Part shown: piece after piece, positions 27,241 through 32,000 of the stretch
How the letters are laid out: every line of letters begins with the position of its first letter
Numbering within the stretch: position 1 is the stretch's first letter
DNA from: Candidatus Harpocratesius repetitus
GTDB lineage: Archaea > Asgardarchaeota > Lokiarchaeia > Sigyniarchaeales > Promethearchaeaceae
Length of the DNA: 32,000 nt
NCBI GenBank assembly: GCA_021498095.1
Contig: JAIZWK010000001.1
Span: 3,660,001-3,692,000, forward strand
Reading direction: 5' to 3'
Notes under the pieces: model-generated
The model's input: the letters and a program-made list of their open reading frames with translations, nothing else
What the model was told of the DNA's origin: nothing
The model's database searches: none
Translations under genes and position numbers: made by a program

Positions 27241-28164
27241 ATGATGTATGAACATAAATTAAAAATTAAGATTTTTCCTGGATATTTCTTATTTGTTGAA
27301 TCTATTTTTATTTTTTTAGAGATTTCATTTATATTTAATGATATTTTGGATTATCGAGAAGGAACTTGGACACTACAACAATTGTATTGGTCTTTAACCA
27401 TCATATTTTTGTTATATGGCGGCATTGAAATGATTTTTTACTATTATCTTTTTTCAATAATTAGTTTTGATTCTCAGAAAGGAATCCAAATCTTTTCTCG
27501 ATTCTCTAAAATTAAGGCAACTTGGAAGGAAATAAAATCAATAGAACTTACGCTAAGCCTTAATAAACATAATTACTCAGCTCAAGGTGGCATATTATTG
27601 ATCTTTTTAGTGCCTTTTTTTTATCATAATCGAATTTTAAAAATTCATATTACAACATTTTCAGGAAAAGAAAAAACTATTCGTACTTATGGTAATTTGA
27701 GAAAAATTAACCTTCTTTTCGAATTCTTGACAGACTTGAAAATTTTTAACACATCTCATTATAAAATTGATGTAAATGAAAGGAAAAAAAAATCGAAAAA
27801 AAAGAAAAGTGTGAAAAAAGCAGAAAAAACAAAAAAACCGAGATTTTTCGACCAATGGAGTTTTGTTCGGAATAATTCTTATCAAAATTTGGTTGTAAAC
27901 GACATTTTCATTCGAGACAAAAATTGGAATATCTGGGATAAAAAATACAGTCGTAGAGCAAAAATATTTATTATTTTGGGCATAATTTCAACGATCTGTA
28001 CATTTTCCCTTTTATTTTTAACTGCATTACATTGCGAATTTTCAAAATGTCCGACAATTTGGAACATTTTCCTAATAATACTACTAATTTGTTTAATCAT
28101 AGGATTGCCATTAGCATTTTTAACGCCAGAAATGCGTGATACTTCCGAATTTCTTGAAATTTAG
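27241..28164 (+). CDS. Membrane protein: 2 TM, bacterial-PH-like domain, Lys-rich linker, 2 TM
   Basis: Hydrophobic pairs at both ends. ISFDSQKGIQI...ATWKEIKSIEL is typical of bPH domains. KKKSKKKKSVKK linker. Confidence 0.5.
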   Translation: MMYEHKLKIKIFPGYFLFVESIFIFLEISFIFNDILDYREGTWTLQQLYWSLTIIFLLYGGIEMIFYYYLFSIISFDSQKGIQIFSRFSKIKATWKEIKSIELTLSLNKHNYSAQGGILLIFLVPFFYHNRILKIHITTFSGKEKTIRTYGNLRKINLLFEFLTDLKIFNTSHYKIDVNERKKKSKKKKSVKKAEKTKKPRFFDQWSFVRNNSYQNLVVNDIFIRDKNWNIWDKKYSRRAKIFIILGIISTICTFSLLFLTALHCEFSKCPTIWNIFLIILLICLIIGLPLAFLTPEMRDTSEFLEI

Positions 28165-28229
28165 GGCATCTTTTTCCGAAAAAATTTTTACTTATGAAGA
28201 ATTTTTTTCTATAAATCTCATTATTTTTT

Positions 28230-28306
28230 GGACCCATCGCCTAGTGGATATGGCGTCAGCCTCCTAAGCTGATTTCCCGGGAGTTCGAATCTCCTTGGGT
28301 CCGCCA
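28230..28306 (+). tRNA. tRNA-Arg (anticodon CCT), intronless, CCA encoded
   Basis: Acceptor stem GGACCCA/TGGGTCC, anticodon arm TCAGC-CTCCTAA-GCTGA, T arm GGGAG-TTCGAAT-CTCCT, discriminator G then CCA. TATA-like CTATAAA lies about 15-21 nt upstream. Confidence 0.95.
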
Positions 28307-28403
28307 CGATTTCTTCATTTCATCATAATCAAAGAAAATTGATTTAAAATATATCAAAAACCAAAAAATAGTAAAAAGATAATAAAAATAAAGGAATTTT
28401 CAA

Positions 28404-30074
28404 TTAGAATAAACCGACTACATCACCGTCGAAATCAATATCAATGCTTTCAGCAGCAGGTTTCATGGGTAAACCTGGCATTCTGAGCATTCTTCCAGCG
28501 ATCGGTATTAAAAATCCCGCTCCTGCAGCGATTAAGACACGTCGAATTTTTAGAGTAAAACCGCTGGGAGCACCCAATTTAGTTGGATCATCAGAAAATG
28601 ATTTTTGAGTTTTAGCAATACAAATGGGAAGATTATCCAATCCAATTTGCTTTATATTCGCAATATCTTGTCTTGCATCCAATTCAAATTCGACATCTGC
28701 TGCACCATAAATCTCACGGGCAACAGTAAGCACTTTTTCTTCTATTGAATCATTCCAATCATATAATGGCGTAAATGTTGAAACTGTGGGAGATTCTAAC
28801 TTTTCTATAACTAATTTCGCTAAAGCTTCGCCACCCTCGCCGCCTTTTTCCCAAACTTCAGAAAGAGCAACATCAACACCTAATTGCTCACAATATGAGA
28901 ATACCATTTCAATCTCAGCGGGAGTATCGAAATTAAATTTATTTAAAGCAACAACCACAGGAATGTTAAATTTTTTCATGTTAGAGATGTGGCGCCCAAG
29001 ATTAGCTAATCCATCAGAAAGGGCAGTTAAATTCTCTTGTTTAATTCGATCGAGAGATTGCCCACCATGCATTTTCAATGCTTTGATAGTTGTGGTGATA
29101 ACAGTTAAATCTGGTGCAAATCCACCGTAAAGACTGACCAAATCAAAGAATTTTTCAGCACCTAAATCGCTGCCAAAACCTGCTTCAGTAACTACATAAT
29201 CGTTTGTTCTGAGAGCAAAATTAGTTGCCATAATGCTGTTTGCTCCTTGGGCAATATTAGCAAATGGACCACCGTGAATAAATGCAGGGTTATTTTCCAT
29301 TGTTTGCACTAAATTGGGTTTAATGGCATCTTTTAAGAGAACTGTAATAGCACCTGCAACATTCAAATCTCGACAATATATAGGTTTATTTTTGAAATCG
29401 AATCCTAATAAAATATTACCGATTTTCTCTTTTAGATCAGATAAATTGCGCGCTAAACACAAGATAGCCATTATTTCAGAAGCTGCAGTAATGTCAAAGC
29501 CACTTTCATGCGTAACCCCATCTGTTGATTTACCTAAACCAACAATAATATTTCTTAATGCACGATCATTTACGTCTACGACCCGATTCCATAGAATCTT
29601 TTTTGGATCTAACTCAATTTTATGCCGATAGATTGCATTGTTAAGTAATGCAGCCAAAGTATTATGAGCTGATGTGATGGCATGTAAATCGCCAGTAAAA
29701 TGAAGGTTGATATCTTCCATAGGGACACATTGAGCATATCCACCTCCTGCAGCACCACCTTTAATTCCAAAAACGGGGCCCAAAGAAGGTTCTCGTAAAC
29801 AAACGGCAGTTTGTCGGTTAAGTCGATTCATAGCATCCGTAAGTCCAATGGAAGTGGTTGTTTTTCCTTCTCCAGCAGGAGTGGGAGATGTTGCGGTTAC
29901 TAAAACTAACTTTCCTGGAGGGTGTTCCATACAATTTAAACAATATGTTAAATTTATTTTTGCTTTATACGGACCATAAAGCTCTAAACTTCGTTCTGGA
30001 ATACCTATTCTGGCAGCAATTTGTGTAATTGGTAGCAAATGGGCTTCCCGAGCAATTTCAATATCCGGTTTCAT
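28404..30074 (-). CDS. fhs: Formate--tetrahydrofolate ligase
   Basis: Motifs TPAGEGKTT, LREPSLGPVFGIKGGAAGGGY, INLHFTGD, HGGPFANIAQG, TEAGFGSDLGAEKF and MPGLP. Confidence 0.97.
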   Translation of the reverse strand: MKPDIEIAREAHLLPITQIAARIGIPERSLELYGPYKAKINLTYCLNCMEHPPGKLVLVTATSPTPAGEGKTTTSIGLTDAMNRLNRQTAVCLREPSLGPVFGIKGGAAGGGYAQCVPMEDINLHFTGDLHAITSAHNTLAALLNNAIYRHKIELDPKKILWNRVVDVNDRALRNIIVGLGKSTDGVTHESGFDITAASEIMAILCLARNLSDLKEKIGNILLGFDFKNKPIYCRDLNVAGAITVLLKDAIKPNLVQTMENNPAFIHGGPFANIAQGANSIMATNFALRTNDYVVTEAGFGSDLGAEKFFDLVSLYGGFAPDLTVITTTIKALKMHGGQSLDRIKQENLTALSDGLANLGRHISNMKKFNIPVVVALNKFNFDTPAEIEMVFSYCEQLGVDVALSEVWEKGGEGGEALAKLVIEKLESPTVSTFTPLYDWNDSIEEKVLTVAREIYGAADVEFELDARQDIANIKQIGLDNLPICIAKTQKSFSDDPTKLGAPSGFTLKIRRVLIAAGAGFLIPIAGRMLRMPGLPMKPAAESIDIDFDGDVVGLF

Positions 30075-30136
30075 ATAATCTCTCCAATCGATGTGATTTT
30101 GATGTAAAAAAAGAGGATTTTAGTATAAAAAGAAAA

Positions 30137-31396
30137 TCAGACAATTTGTTTTCCTTTTCGATATACCAAAAAGGGTTTTAAAGAACCTTGGTTATAAACA
30201 ATTTCTTGATATTTATTACAATTAAACGCAATAAAATCCGCTAGTTTTCCCTGAGCGAGAACACCCCGATCATTTAATGATAAGGCATCAGCAGCCCTCT
30301 TTGTAATACCTGCGAGAGTCTCTGCAATTGTAAGTTTTTGATATGCACCTAATAACGCGGCTTGAGTTAAAAGTTCACCCATAGGAGCAGAGCCGGGATT
30401 CCAATCAGATGAAATTGCAACATTTAATCCAACATCTAACATTTTTCTTGCAGGTGCAAAATCAATCCCTAATCCTAAAGATGCACCAGGAAGAGCAACA
30501 GCAATCACATTTGCTTCTTTTAGCATACGGAGATGGGCTTCATCTGATACTTCTAAATGTTCAGCAGATAAAGCACCAACATCGGCAGCTACTTCGGAGC
30601 CACCCATTGTAAATTGATCTCCATGCACAATAACTTGAAATCCAAGTTCCTTGGCATAATTTAAATATTTACGGGCAGAATCGGGACTGAAAGCACTTTC
30701 TTCAATAAATATATCTACTCGATTTGCCAAATTTTTTTCTTTTACAACCGGTAATAGTTTATCCATAATTTCTTGTAAATATTTTTCTGGATCTTGAAAT
30801 TCGGGCGGACAGGTATGGGCAGCTAAACATGTTGGTATTAAATCAGGTAATAATGCACGTGAACGATTAGCTTGATTGATAACCTCTAACATTTTAAGTT
30901 CTGCTTCTACAGTAAGTCCATATCCACTTTTTACTTCACATGTTGTGACACCGCGATGAAGATGGGTTAACCCTCGAATAAAGAGATTATCAAATAACTC
31001 TTTTTCTGATGCATTACGAGTTTTACGAACAGTATCAAGCATTCCTCCTCCAGATTTTGCGATATTTAGATATGTTTCACCTGATAACCTGCGAGCATAA
31101 TCTTCAGCACGTGTTCCAGCGTAGCACATATGAGTATGGCAGTCAATCATTCCAGGCATTGCCACTGCATTCTCAGTAATTTTGTGAAAAATAGTTCCTG
31201 AACCGTGGAATTTTGCATGAGATACTTCCTTTTCAAATTCATCTTTGGAAAGAATACGCTCAATTTTATCTTCAACAATTAAAATTCCCCCATTGGAGAT
31301 AATTTCCAATTTATCATCAGAAATAGGCCCAGCAGAGGGTAAATTTTGCATGGTAAGGATTTGCTTAAAAGGACCGATTAGTTTTTTATCCGACAT
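30137..31396 (-). CDS. hutI: Imidazolonepropionase
   Basis: PGMIDCHTH, EVKSGYGL, AAHTCPPE, HGDQF, SAEHLE, ALPG, SSDWNPGS and ADFI. Strong GGGAGGT SD at 31401-31407. Confidence 0.95.
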   Translation of the reverse strand: MSDKKLIGPFKQILTMQNLPSAGPISDDKLEIISNGGILIVEDKIERILSKDEFEKEVSHAKFHGSGTIFHKITENAVAMPGMIDCHTHMCYAGTRAEDYARRLSGETYLNIAKSGGGMLDTVRKTRNASEKELFDNLFIRGLTHLHRGVTTCEVKSGYGLTVEAELKMLEVINQANRSRALLPDLIPTCLAAHTCPPEFQDPEKYLQEIMDKLLPVVKEKNLANRVDIFIEESAFSPDSARKYLNYAKELGFQVIVHGDQFTMGGSEVAADVGALSAEHLEVSDEAHLRMLKEANVIAVALPGASLGLGIDFAPARKMLDVGLNVAISSDWNPGSAPMGELLTQAALLGAYQKLTIAETLAGITKRAADALSLNDRGVLAQGKLADFIAFNCNKYQEIVYNQGSLKPFLVYRKGKQIV

Positions 31397-31454
31397 TATT
31401 ACCTCCCTTCTAGTGAGCCAGTGCGAAATGAATTAAATAATTTGTGCTTTAAGA

Positions 31455-31928
31455 TTGAAACTAAATTTATTAATCAGAATTTCTAATATATCATTGGTCG
31501 TTTCAATGAAAAGTAATATTTGCGAATTCTGCGGTGAACCTCTACGGATGTTAATTCAATCGAATTATGTAATCTGTCCGATTTGTGAGCGAAAAGTGTG
31601 CCTTAAATGTCAAAAACTTGGATTATGTCCAGAACATTATGAAGAAATTCCAGAAACAACTAAATCTGATCTTAAAAGACTAAGAAGATTTTTAGTAATA
31701 TCCATTATTATTATCTCAGTAATATATTTTGCTTTCACATTCTTACTTATTTATATAAATAATGACATAAGAATTATCATTTTTGCTTCAAGTGGTGTTC
31801 AAAAATTGGTTTACTTTTTATTATTTCTTCCCTATATCCCTATTTTTTTAGGGATTTTAATCTCTTATGATAAAAAAGTGAAGAAATTACTTCGATATTC
31901 AATCGAACATTGGAAAAATAAGCGATGA
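31455..31928 (+). CDS. Zinc-finger membrane protein (FYVE/rabphilin-like C7H finger plus 2 TM); likely start ATG 31506
   Basis: CxxC-x14-CxxC-x4-CxxC-x5-CxxH, followed by a basic helix and two TM helices. Confidence 0.7.
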   Translation: MKLNLLIRISNISLVVSMKSNICEFCGEPLRMLIQSNYVICPICERKVCLKCQKLGLCPEHYEEIPETTKSDLKRLRRFLVISIIIISVIYFAFTFLLIYINNDIRIIIFASSGVQKLVYFLLFLPYIPIFLGILISYDKKVKKLLRYSIEHWKNKR

Positions 31929-32000
31929 TAAGGGTTAACTTTTCTCGAAATTCTGCTTGAGAATCCATTTTTAATCATTTTTACGATATAAATTCTATAA

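Noticed and set aside
23167-28306. Genomic island integrated at tRNA-Arg
   Set aside because: No integrase and no duplicated tRNA 3' end (att site) were found by eye in the window.
1-32000. CRISPR array, rRNA, transposase
   Set aside because: No regularly spaced repeats, rRNA-like GC-rich tracts or transposase motifs were seen.

Overview
AT-rich (roughly 30% GC) archaeal chromosomal window. It is most likely from an Asgard archaeon of Lokiarchaeia/Promethearchaeota type. This is an inference from the archaeal rpl11-rpl1-rpl10(P0)-rpl12(P1) operon with GLGALFG tails plus a longin-like protein, an SCP2 protein, a sulfotransferase and many bacterial-type metabolic genes. The window holds a NitT/TauT ABC transporter with an RHH regulator, larB, iorAB-panE, a hybrid histidine kinase, dinB, a fixCX-like/SCP2 cluster, the ribosomal stalk operon, an orphan N6-adenine methyltransferase, an IDI-2-like paralogue, tRNA-Arg(CCU), fhs and hutI. 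The standout signals are: (1) a ~230-nt, GC-enriched, multi-helix non-coding leader whose outermost helix pairs over the rpl11 start codon; (2) a membrane-anchored protein with a rabphilin/FYVE-type zinc-finger pattern; (3) an IDI-2 paralogue that has lost its substrate-binding residues; (4) a hybrid kinase with an erased ATP lid. No CRISPR array, rRNA or transposase was seen. All family assignments come from motif recognition by eye, with no database searches.
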